NCBI GenBank assembly: GCA_046735635.1 | Contig: JBKPTT010000167.1 | Location: forward strand, 1-45,930 | DNA from: Acidobacteriota bacterium | Lineage (GTDB): Bacteria > Acidobacteriota > Vicinamibacteria > Vicinamibacterales > 2-12-FULL-66-21 | Direction: 5' to 3' | DNA length: 45,930 bases | Shown here: one piece after another, positions 8,395-16,439 of the stretch | How the letters are laid out: every line of letters begins with the position of its first letter | How positions within the stretch are numbered: position 1 is the stretch's first letter | Position numbers and translations under genes: made by a program | Notes under the pieces: model-generated | The model's input: the letters and a program-made list of their open reading frames with translations, nothing else | What the model was told of the DNA's origin: nothing | Database searches by the model: none

Positions 8395-8601
8395 TCTCGC
8401 GCGGAGGTCGCGGAGATCGCGGAGATTCCGGACCGCGTGCGGGTCTCTCCCCCTTGTCGCGCCACGCGCGACGTGGCGAACGCACAACCCTCCGCGTTCT
8501 CAGCGTCCTCGGCGCGAGATCCGTGCGATCTCCGCGCGAGATCAGTGCCTTCCCTGCGAGAGCACTCTCTCGCACCTCGGATCTGACAAAGTAGAGTCTA
8601 G
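8351..8601. mobile_element. MITE-like element with imperfect terminal inverted repeats bounded by CTAG
   Basis: CTAGCACTGCTTTACCAGATC ... GATCTGACAAAGTAGAGTCTAG; internal CGCGGAG/CTCCGCG repeats; related shorter copy at 40495-40585. Confidence 0.5.
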
Positions 8602-9374
8602 TGGCGAAGCAGGGCTGGGAAGGATGGGACGAGTACGCGCCGTTCTATGACTGGGAGAACGCGCGCACCGTCGCACGCCGCGACGTCGCATTCTGGCAGC
8701 GGCTGGCGGCCGCGCAGTCCGGGTTCGTCCTCGAGCTCGGGTGCGGGACAGGCCGCATTGCCGTCCCGGTTGCGCGCGCGGGCGCCCGGCTGATCGGGGT
8801 CGATCGATCCGCGCAGATGCTCGCCCGCGGGCGTCAGCGCCTGCGCCGCGCACGGCTCGCCGGCCGCGCCTCGCTCGTCCGCGGCGACATTCGTTTCCTG
8901 CCGTTCCGATCCCGACCGGGGTTCGACCTCGTGATGGCGCCGTACGGCATCCTTCAGTCGCTCACCCGCGAAGGCGACCTGAAAGCCACGCTGCAATCGG
9001 TCGCGCGGGTGCTCCGCCGCGGCGGGCTTTTCGGCATCGACCTCGTGCCTGATCTGCCTCGCTGGACCGAATACGAAGGACGCACCAGCATGACCGGCAG
9101 GAAAGGCAGGAGCACGCGCGTCACGCTCGTGGAATCAGTCCGGCAGGATCGCGGCCGGCGTCTGACCATCTTCGATCAGGAGTACATCGAGCAACGCGCA
9201 CGCGAACGTCGTGTCCATCGATTCACGCTCACGTTCCGCACGCTGTCGGTCCCGCAGATGACACGTCGCCTCGAAGCAGCGGGCTTCCGGGTCACTGCCG
9301 TGCTCGGCGACTACCGCGGCGGTCCGTGGGATGCCCGCGCCGACGTCTGGGTCATCATCGCGGAGCGCCGCTGA
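8601..9374 (+). CDS. Class I SAM-dependent methyltransferase
   Basis: YAPFYD, VLELGCGTGRI, GVDRSAQML, RGDIR, LRRGG. Confidence 0.88.
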   Translation: MAKQGWEGWDEYAPFYDWENARTVARRDVAFWQRLAAAQSGFVLELGCGTGRIAVPVARAGARLIGVDRSAQMLARGRQRLRRARLAGRASLVRGDIRFLPFRSRPGFDLVMAPYGILQSLTREGDLKATLQSVARVLRRGGLFGIDLVPDLPRWTEYEGRTSMTGRKGRSTRVTLVESVRQDRGRRLTIFDQEYIEQRARERRVHRFTLTFRTLSVPQMTRRLEAAGFRVTAVLGDYRGGPWDARADVWVIIAERR

Positions 9375-10015
9375 TGCTGCAGGTCGGCATCAACCGCGTC
9401 TTTCTTCCCACCGACGCGGATATTCGCGAGTGGCGCGCGTGCTACGCCGAATCTCTTTGCATTCGACTGCCGGAATTCTTCGACGCACGCCTCGTGACGT
9501 GGCTGCGATCGCGGCTCGCGGGTGCCGCGTTTCAGGAACGGGTTCACGCGGGAATCGATCCTCCTCCCGTCGATCTCGCCCTGGCCGATCGCGCCCTTCT
9601 GGCACTGGTCACGACCCTCGTGAACGACAGTGGCGTGTTCAACACTGTTCGCGCCGTCAGCGGTTGCGATCCGATCGGCTGCTACGAGGGAATCATTTAT
9701 CGGATGGAGCCCGGGGGACATCACCACGACACGTGGCATGGGGACATCGACGGGAATCGCATGGTGACGTTGAGCGTCAACCTCGGCGATCCATACGAAG
9801 GCGGCAGGTTACAGATTCGCGAGCGGTCGTCGGGCAGGCTCGTGCACGAAGCAGCCAACACACGGGCGGGTGATGCCATTCTGTTCGCGCTCGGGGACGA
9901 CCTCGAACATCGTGTCACCGAGGTGACAGGCGCCATGCCGAAGCTCGCGCTGGCCGGCTGGTTCCAGCGCCGGCCCGCGGCGCTCCTTGCGCTGAAGCGC
10001 CGGATGGGAGCCTGA
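9374..10015 (+). CDS. 2OG-Fe(II) oxygenase, paralog 3
   Basis: ATG 9374 overlaps upstream TGA; WHGD, SVNL..YEGGRL, GDAILF, EHRVT, KLALAGWF. Confidence 0.85.
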   Translation: MLQVGINRVFLPTDADIREWRACYAESLCIRLPEFFDARLVTWLRSRLAGAAFQERVHAGIDPPPVDLALADRALLALVTTLVNDSGVFNTVRAVSGCDPIGCYEGIIYRMEPGGHHHDTWHGDIDGNRMVTLSVNLGDPYEGGRLQIRERSSGRLVHEAANTRAGDAILFALGDDLEHRVTEVTGAMPKLALAGWFQRRPAALLALKRRMGA

Positions 10016-10032
10016 AAGACGCCGCAATCGTG

Positions 10033-10041
10033 TGGTAACAT
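10033..10041 (+). promoter_or_regulatory. Candidate extended -10 promoter for the yebC-ruv operon
   Basis: TGGTAACAT about 40 nt upstream of the yebC ATG. Confidence 0.4.
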
Positions 10042-10081
10042 CAACGGTCATTTTTTCGCATCCAAATCGGGAGTTTTTGCC

Positions 10082-10831
10082 ATGTCCGGCCATTCCAAAT
10101 GGCACACCATCAAGCACAAGAAAGGGGCGGCCGACGCCAAGCGCGGGAAGATCTTCACGCGCATCATCAAGGAGTTGACCGTCGCGGCCCGCAGCGGCGG
10201 CGGTGATCCCGACAGCAATCCGCGTCTCCGCACCGTCGTCGCCGAAGCGAAGTCGGTCAACATGCCGGCCGACAACATCAAGCGCGCCATCCAGCGAGGC
10301 ACCGGTGAACTGCCTGGCGTTTCGTACGAAGAAATCAACTACGAGGGCTACGGCCCTGGGGGCGCCGCGATCATCGTCGAGACGCTGACCGACAACAAGA
10401 ATCGCACCGTCGGCGAGATCCGCCACGTCTTTTCGAAGCACGGCGGGAACCTCGCCGCGGAAAACGCCGTCGCGTGGATGTTCGACAAAAAGGGCTACAT
10501 CGTGGTCGAGAAGGCGAAAGGCGACGAGGAAACGCTCATGGCCGCCGCGATCGATGCGGGCGCCGACGACATGCGCGACGATGGGGACAGCTGGGAAATC
10601 GTGTCGGCGCCCGACGCGTTCCAGAAGGTGCTCGATGCGGTCAAAGGCCTCGGGATCGAGCCTGCGGCTGCGGAAGTGGCGTTGCTGCCGCAGAACTACG
10701 TCAAGCTCGAAGGGAAGCAGGCCCAGCAGATGGTGAAGCTGATGGAGGCGCTCGAAGACCACGACGACACCAAGAAAGTGTGGTCGAACGCCGACATCGA
10801 AGAGAAGGAGATCGAGGCCTCTTTGGCGTGA
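10082..10831 (+). CDS. yebC: YebC/PmpR family protein
   Basis: MSGHSKWHTIKHKKG, YEGYGPGG, TDNKNRT. Confidence 0.97.
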   Translation: MSGHSKWHTIKHKKGAADAKRGKIFTRIIKELTVAARSGGGDPDSNPRLRTVVAEAKSVNMPADNIKRAIQRGTGELPGVSYEEINYEGYGPGGAAIIVETLTDNKNRTVGEIRHVFSKHGGNLAAENAVAWMFDKKGYIVVEKAKGDEETLMAAAIDAGADDMRDDGDSWEIVSAPDAFQKVLDAVKGLGIEPAAAEVALLPQNYVKLEGKQAQQMVKLMEALEDHDDTKKVWSNADIEEKEIEASLA

Positions 10832-11370
10832 AGATCTTCGGGATCGATCCCGGTTCCGATCGAACGGGGTACGGCTGCATCGAGACGCTCGGCAGCCGCC
10901 ACCATCTTGTGATTTGCGGCGCCCTTTCGTCCCCAGCCCGCTGCACGTTCCCCGAAAAGCTCAAGCACATCCACTTCGGTCTCGCGACGCTGCTCGCGCG
11001 GCATCGTCCTGACTGCGTGGCGGTGGAGAACGTCTTTCACGCGCGCAACGTGCGCAGTGCGCTGAAGCTCGGGCACGCGCGGGGAGTGGCGCTGCTGGCC
11101 GCCTGTGAGGCAGGCATTCCGGTCGTCGAGTATGCGCCGGCCGAAATCAAGCGCGCGGTGGTCGGGTTCGGACGGGCCGAGAAGATACAGGTGCAGCAGA
11201 TGATCAAGCTGCTGCTTGGGCTCGATGCGATCCCTGCGCCCCACGACGCCGCCGACGCGCTCGCGGTGGCCATCTGCCACGTGCACAGCGCGACCGGAGC
11301 GATCGCCGAGCGTTCTGCCCCGGAGAAGTCTCACAGCGCGCTTCGCTCCTGGAGAGACTACCGACCGTGA
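10828..11370 (+). CDS. ruvC: Crossover junction endodeoxyribonuclease RuvC
   Basis: GTG 10828; IFGIDPGS..TGYG, VENVF, LGHARGV, DAADALAVAICH. Confidence 0.96.
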   Translation: MKIFGIDPGSDRTGYGCIETLGSRHHLVICGALSSPARCTFPEKLKHIHFGLATLLARHRPDCVAVENVFHARNVRSALKLGHARGVALLAACEAGIPVVEYAPAEIKRAVVGFGRAEKIQVQQMIKLLLGLDAIPAPHDAADALAVAICHVHSATGAIAERSAPEKSHSALRSWRDYRP

Positions 11371-11969
11371 TTGCGCTGTTGCGCGGCCAGCTGCTTGAAA
11401 AGAATCCGAACCGGTTGATCGTCGATGTCGGCGGCGTCGGGTACGACGTGCAGGTGCCGCTGTCGACGTTCTACGTCGTCGGTGAGCCGGGCGCCGATAT
11501 CATGCTGCGCGTGCACACACACGTGCGCGAGGACCTCATCGCGCTCTATGGCTTCGCGACGCGGCTCGAACAGGATCTCTTCGAGCGGCTCATCGCGATC
11601 AGCGGCATCGGTCCGAAGCTGGCGCTGGCGGTGCTGTCGGGGATCGAGCCCGGTGACTTCGTCAAGGCGATCCGCCTGCAGGACGTTGCGCGCTTGACGG
11701 CGATCCCGGGCGTCGGGAAAAAGACAGCCGAGCGAATCGGCCTCGAGATGAAGGACCGGCTTCCCGCGGCGTTGCAGGCAATGGGCCAGGACACTGCGAG
11801 GGCGACGCCCCGAGATCGGCTGCGCGACGACCTCCTTTCGGCGCTGATGAACCTGGGGTACCAGCGTGCGATTGCGGAGAAGGCGATTGAGAAGACGCTC
11901 GGCGGCAATGGGGATGCGCCATTCGAGCAGACGCTGCGCGACGTGCTGCGGTCGCTGATGAGGACATGA
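11367..11969 (+). CDS. ruvA: Holliday junction branch migration protein RuvA
   Basis: [43 protein letters not shown]. Confidence 0.97.
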   Translation: MIALLRGQLLEKNPNRLIVDVGGVGYDVQVPLSTFYVVGEPGADIMLRVHTHVREDLIALYGFATRLEQDLFERLIAISGIGPKLALAVLSGIEPGDFVKAIRLQDVARLTAIPGVGKKTAERIGLEMKDRLPAALQAMGQDTARATPRDRLRDDLLSALMNLGYQRAIAEKAIEKTLGGNGDAPFEQTLRDVLRSLMRT

Positions 11970-12982
11970 AAGAGGATCGGATCGTCACGGCGTCCGGCGA
12001 CGAGAACGATCGGCAGTACGAAGCCGGGCTGCGGCCGCGCACCCTCGACGAGTACATCGGCCAGGAGCGCGTCCGGGAGAATCTGCATGTCTCGATCACG
12101 GCGGCGGCGCAGCGCGGCGAAGCGCTCGACCACGTCCTGCTCTACGGCCCGCCCGGACTCGGCAAGACCACGCTCGCGACGATCATCGCAAACGAGCTCG
12201 GCGTGCCAATTCGATCGACGGCGGGCCCCGTCATCGAGAAGCCAGGCGATCTGGCCGCGATGTTGACCAACCTTCAGGAGCGAGAGGTGCTCTTCATCGA
12301 CGAAGTGCATCGGATGAATCCCGCGATTGAAGAGATTCTGTACCCGGCGATGGAGGATTACGAGCTCGACATCATGATCGGGCAAGGCCCCAGCGCGCGG
12401 TCGGTGAAAGTCCCCGTCCAGCGGTTCACGCTCATCGGCGCGACGACGCGTACTGGGCTCCTGACATCGCCGCTTCGTGCGCGATTCGGCATCGTCCACC
12501 GTCTCGATTTCTACAGCGAGGAGAACATTCTCGAAATCGTCCAACGTTCCGCCCGCATCCTTGGCGTCCCGATCGATCGGGAGGCCGCTGTGGAGATCGC
12601 GAAACGCGCTCGGGGGACACCGCGTGTCGCCAACCGGCTGCTGCGGCGCGTGCGCGATTACGCGCAGGTCCGCGCGAACGGGCACATCAGCGTGGAGGTC
12701 GCGCATCGCGCGTTGTCGCTGCTCGAAGTCGACGAGCACGGCTTCGACGAGATCGATCGCCGCCTGCTCCGAACGGTTATCGAGAAGTTCAGCGGCGGGC
12801 CGGTCGGCGTGGCGAGCCTTGCCGCGGCGATGAGCGAGGAGCGTGATGCCATCGAGGACATTTACGAGCCGTTTCTGATCCAAATCGGGTTTTTGGACCG
12901 CACGCCGCGAGGGCGCGTGGCCACGGCCAAGGCGTACGAGTACTTCGGGCTCGACGCCCCTGGAAAGGATCGTTTGTGGTGA
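11966..12982 (+). CDS. ruvB: Holliday junction branch migration helicase RuvB
   Basis: [50 protein letters not shown]. Confidence 0.98.
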   Translation: MKEDRIVTASGDENDRQYEAGLRPRTLDEYIGQERVRENLHVSITAAAQRGEALDHVLLYGPPGLGKTTLATIIANELGVPIRSTAGPVIEKPGDLAAMLTNLQEREVLFIDEVHRMNPAIEEILYPAMEDYELDIMIGQGPSARSVKVPVQRFTLIGATTRTGLLTSPLRARFGIVHRLDFYSEENILEIVQRSARILGVPIDREAAVEIAKRARGTPRVANRLLRRVRDYAQVRANGHISVEVAHRALSLLEVDEHGFDEIDRRLLRTVIEKFSGGPVGVASLAAAMSEERDAIEDIYEPFLIQIGFLDRTPRGRVATAKAYEYFGLDAPGKDRLW

Positions 12983-13007
12983 AGGCCGACCAGCGTACCG
13001 GGAACGC

Positions 13008-13073
13008 CGAATCGCGAACCGCGAACCAGGCCGCCGCGCTGAAGCCTCCGGATGCGAAGGCGGGCGAACCGCG
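13008..13073 (+). repeat. Dispersed 66-bp intergenic repeat, copy 2
   Basis: 56/66 identity to the reverse complement of 5466-5531. Confidence 0.75.
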
Positions 13074-13083
13074 TCTCCGACAC

Positions 13084-14064
13084 GTGAAGATTTCCGGCCT
13101 CTCGACCTACGTGCCGCCGAAGGTGTTGACGAACGCCGATCTCGAGAGGCTGGTCGACACCAACGACGCGTGGATTGTCCAGCGCACCGGCATCCGGGAG
13201 CGTCACATCGTGGACGCCGGGATCGCGACATCCGACCTGGCCTATGAAGCCACCGGCCCGGCCTTGCGTCAGGCCGGCATCACAGCGAACGATCTCGGCT
13301 TCATCGTCGTGGGCACGACGACGCCCGACACGATCTTTCCCAGCACCGCGTGCGTGCTGCAGAACCGCATCGGCGCGACGCGCGCGTGGGGATTCGATCT
13401 CGGCGCGGCGTGCTCAGGATTCACTTACGCCGTCACGACGGCGATGCAGATGGTGGCCACTGGCGCGCACGATCACGCGCTCGCGGTGGGCGCGGACGTG
13501 ATGTCGAGCATCATCGACTACACCGATCGGACCACGTGCATCCTGTTCGGTGACGGCGCGGGCGCGGTGGTCCTGTCCCCGGCCGCAGACGACGAGCCGC
13601 ACATCATCGATTTCGCGCACGAGATCGATGGCAGCGGCGGACCGGCCCTGTGCATGCCGGCCGGCGGCAGCCGGCTGCCCGCTTCCCACGAAACCGTCGA
13701 CAAGCGGATGCACTACGTGAAGCAGGACGGGGCGACGGTATTCAAGTTTGCGGTGCGCAAGACCGAGGAGATCTGCCGGCGCGTTCTCGAGCGCAACGGC
13801 CTGCAGGGATCGGATCTGGACCTGTTCGTGTCGCACCAGGCCAATCGCCGCATCATCACTGCCGCCGCCGAACGCCTGGGTCTTCCGGATGACAAGGTCA
13901 TCATCAACCTCGACCAGTACGGCAACACGACCGCCGCCACGATTCCGCTGGCGCTCGCCGACGCGGTGCGTCAGGGGCGGCTGAAGAAGGGGAATCTGGT
14001 GCTGCTGACGTCGGTGGGCGCGGGGTTCACGGTTGGCGCGGTGCTGCTGCGGTGGTCGCTGTAA
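13084..14064 (+). CDS. fabH: 3-oxoacyl-ACP synthase III
   Basis: RTGIRER, AACSGF, LFGDGAGA, HQANRRI, GNT; start placed at GTG 13084 because the track extension (12976) runs through the dispersed repeat. Confidence 0.93.
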   Translation: MKISGLSTYVPPKVLTNADLERLVDTNDAWIVQRTGIRERHIVDAGIATSDLAYEATGPALRQAGITANDLGFIVVGTTTPDTIFPSTACVLQNRIGATRAWGFDLGAACSGFTYAVTTAMQMVATGAHDHALAVGADVMSSIIDYTDRTTCILFGDGAGAVVLSPAADDEPHIIDFAHEIDGSGGPALCMPAGGSRLPASHETVDKRMHYVKQDGATVFKFAVRKTEEICRRVLERNGLQGSDLDLFVSHQANRRIITAAAERLGLPDDKVIINLDQYGNTTAATIPLALADAVRQGRLKKGNLVLLTSVGAGFTVGAVLLRWSL

Positions 14065-14131
14065 CGCTGCACGCGCCGACGGCTCACGAGACGCGAAGAC
14101 ACGAAGCTCACGAAGAGCACGAAGACTAATT

Positions 14132-14140
14132 TGGTACAAT
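14132..14140 (+). promoter_or_regulatory. Candidate extended -10 promoter upstream of the mod remnant
   Basis: TGGTACAAT about 33 nt before TTG 14174, with AGGGG RBS between. Confidence 0.4.
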
Positions 14141-14173
14141 CCTCCCGCTTTCCACCACCAGCAGGGGACTCTA

Positions 14174-14404
14174 TTGGCCAAGGCACGGTCGAAAGGTACC
14201 TAGACCCGCACGGGCACGGGCGCCGGCAAAGTCGCTGAACGTTACACGCATCCCGATCAGACCACGCCGATGCGGCCCGACGTCGGCACCCAGCCGCCCT
14301 CCAAGGAGACTACGACGACTCGGTCTGGGACCATCTGGCGGGAACCAAAAGCGCGCCCTTCGAGGCAGGGGATCACCGGTGTCGCCGTCAAAGTGGACGA
14401 CGGT
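14174..14404 (+). pseudogene. Internally deleted remnant of a type III R-M DNA methyltransferase (mod): N-terminus joined to C-terminus
   Basis: LAKARSKGT*..ERYTHPDQTTPMRPDVGTQ (in-frame TAG at 14201), then shifted-frame GDYDDSVWDHLAGTKSAPFEAGDHR and VAVKVDDG, which resemble the two ends of these Mod proteins; recognition from memory. Confidence 0.65.
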
Positions 14405-14500
14405 CTACCACAGGGTCAAACCGGCGAAATAGTCGGCGCTGTCGGCCTTTCTGTTGATGTCTACTGGAAAGTAGATTGTTCTGAACACATGATGGTAGAC

Positions 14501-14523
14501 TAGAATGTAACAGAAACGTCACA
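14501..14523 (+). promoter_or_regulatory. Candidate -10 (TAGAAT) and palindromic operator (TGTAAC-N6-GTCACA) of the TA operon
   Basis: Imperfect inverted repeat directly before the antitoxin ATG. Confidence 0.4.
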
Positions 14524-14772
14524 ATGAGCTCTACCGTCCGGATCAGCGATGTGTCGCGCAAAGCCCTGAAGGAGCTGGCAGAGCGGGAGAAGGCTCCGCT
14601 TCAGACGGTGCTCGAGCGTGCCATCGAGAATTACCGCCGCGAGCGTTTTCTCGATGCCGTCAACGACACGTTTGCCGCGCTGCGCGCGAACCGAGCTGCG
14701 TGGACATCGGAGCTGAACGAACGCGAGGAGTGGAACGGCACGAACCGCGACGGCGATGAAGACGACGAGTAG
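14524..14772 (+). CDS. Antitoxin, ribbon-helix-helix-like
   Basis: TVRIS N-terminal strand, helices and acidic C-terminus (EREEW..RDGD); overlaps the toxin gene. Confidence 0.8.
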   Translation: MSSTVRISDVSRKALKELAEREKAPLQTVLERAIENYRRERFLDAVNDTFAALRANRAAWTSELNEREEWNGTNRDGDEDDE

Positions 14773-15112
14773 TCAGCCCTCGCGGGGGGATCTCTGGTTC
14801 ATCGACCTCAGTGATCCGCCGAAAGGACATGAACAAGCAGGGAATCGGCCTGCTCTTGTCTTTTCGGTGGATAAGTTCAACCACGGGCCCGCGGATCTCG
14901 TCATCGCCATTCCGATCTCGAAGGTGCCGAAAGGCATTCCCACGCATGTCGAAGTGAAGCCTCCCGAAGGCGGTCTCAAAGTCCGCAGTTTCATCAAGTG
15001 CGAAGCGATCCGTTCGCTGTCGAAGATTCGTCTGGTGAAGCGGATGGGCAGCGTCAGCGAGCGAACGATGGAAGCGGTGGAAGATCGAGTCAGAATCCTG
15101 CTCGGACTGTGA
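14756..15112 (+). CDS. PemK/MazF family endoribonuclease toxin
   Basis: RGDLWFIDL..PKGHEQAGNRPALVFS, IKCEAIRSLSKIRL. Confidence 0.92.
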   Translation: MKTTSSQPSRGDLWFIDLSDPPKGHEQAGNRPALVFSVDKFNHGPADLVIAIPISKVPKGIPTHVEVKPPEGGLKVRSFIKCEAIRSLSKIRLVKRMGSVSERTMEAVEDRVRILLGL

Positions 15113-15115
15113 TTC

Positions 15116-15397
15116 ATGGCTCAATTCGAGGTTCCTCAACCGATCATCTGTTCCCCGTTCCCGGAGCCATCCGAGCACTGGTGGCTCGAAGAAGGAACAG
15201 AACCGCGGCGGGAGCCTGGGCGCCGGCCGGCGCATGACCGCTTCGACGAGCTCGCCGAGATCAAGACTGCTGCGGCGGAGCGGTGGGCAGCGGCTGTGAA
15301 CGCCGACGGACAGTTCGGCCAATGGCGGTACGCGATGGCCCGATCCATTCCACAGGTTCGGGAGATCCTCGATGCCGTCGCGACGCAAACGGCGTGA
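15116..15397 (+). pseudogene. Internally deleted remnant of a type III restriction subunit (res): N-terminus fused in frame to C-terminus
   Basis: FEVPQPIICSPFPEPSEHW..GRRPA joined to DELAEIKTAAAERWAAAVNADGQFGQWRY; no helicase motifs in 93 aa. Confidence 0.65.
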
Positions 15398-16052
15398 TCG
15401 CGGGCGGATCTTCCTGCTCTCGCCGGCCAACGCCGGGGGACCGCGCGGCAAGATGGTGCTCTCGGACCGCGCGAAGTTCGACTTGGCGGTACGCCTTCGA
15501 TCGGGTCAGGGCGTCGCCATCGGCGAAGTGTTCGCCTTCATCAGCGGCCTCTACTTCAAGGGCAAGCTGGCGTACGCTCTCGAGTTCGCACGGCCGCCCG
15601 AACCCGCCAACGATATTGTCGGAAGCGGCGCGCTGGTGATCACTCCGTGCGCGGGGCTTCGGCCAGTTGAGACGGCGATCACGATGGAGGCGCTGCGCGC
15701 GTTCGGCGAAGTCGATATCGCGGCCAACGATCCGCGCTACCGGAATCCCCTTCTCGCGAGCGCGAAGGCGCTCGACGGCGAAATCGGCCCCGAGTGCGAG
15801 GTCGTGCTCCTCGGCAGCATCGCGTCGGCGAAATACGTCGACATTCTGATCGACGTGTTTGGCGATCGGCTGCTGTTTCCGATTGAGTTCGTGGGCCGCG
15901 GCGACATGAGCCGCGGCGGCCTCTTACTCCGATGCGTGCGGGCTGGAGAGGAGCTGACCTACGTGCCGGTGAAAGGCGCGGTTCGCCACGGCCCGCGCCC
16001 TCCGAGGCTCGCCCCGATCCGCGGCATCATGACCGCCTGGAAGAAGCGGTGA
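15372..16052 (+). CDS. Hypothetical protein, unknown function
   Basis: 226 aa with host-like codon use and globular sequence (RIFLLSPAN, FISGLYFKGKLAYA, LLGSIASAKY, FVGRGDMSRGGLLLR). Confidence 0.75.
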   Translation: MPSRRKRRDRGRIFLLSPANAGGPRGKMVLSDRAKFDLAVRLRSGQGVAIGEVFAFISGLYFKGKLAYALEFARPPEPANDIVGSGALVITPCAGLRPVETAITMEALRAFGEVDIAANDPRYRNPLLASAKALDGEIGPECEVVLLGSIASAKYVDILIDVFGDRLLFPIEFVGRGDMSRGGLLLRCVRAGEELTYVPVKGAVRHGPRPPRLAPIRGIMTAWKKR

Positions 16053-16439
16053 GCAAAGGCGGGGCAGTTTTCGCTGTCCCGCTGCGACGCTCCGACGGCC
16101 TTCGGCACGAAGAAACGAAGGGCACGAAGGCTCTTTATTTGTGGGAGAGCGCGATTATGAAAGCCGTCGTCTCCATGGTTGTTGTGTCATTGTTTGCCGG
16201 CGGTGATGACTGTAGCGCACCGCGATTATCGAGTGGCTGCACACACAGTCGATCTTACCCGCGATGACGGGTCTCGGAGAACGATCAACTTCAAACTCCA
16301 GCAACGAAAATATTGCTCGTGATCCATTGGCCGCGATTCCTTTCACAAAAAACAAAGAGTTCTCCGTTTCTCCCTTCCTCCTGTTTGATCTTGGTGCGAA
16401 TGCAGCGTGACAGCGAATGCCGTTGATTAGAATGTCAAA

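Noticed and set aside
8391-8594. 67-aa Arg/Gly-rich ORF as a second precursor
   Set aside because: No YxxP leader motif or Thr(-2)/ring pattern; lies within the MITE-like repeat
12976-13083. N-terminal extension of FabH
   Set aside because: Coincides with the dispersed 66-bp repeat also found at 5466-5531
14270-14503. 77-aa ORF as a real protein
   Set aside because: Better explained as a frameshifted mosaic of the mod gene ends running into the TA promoter
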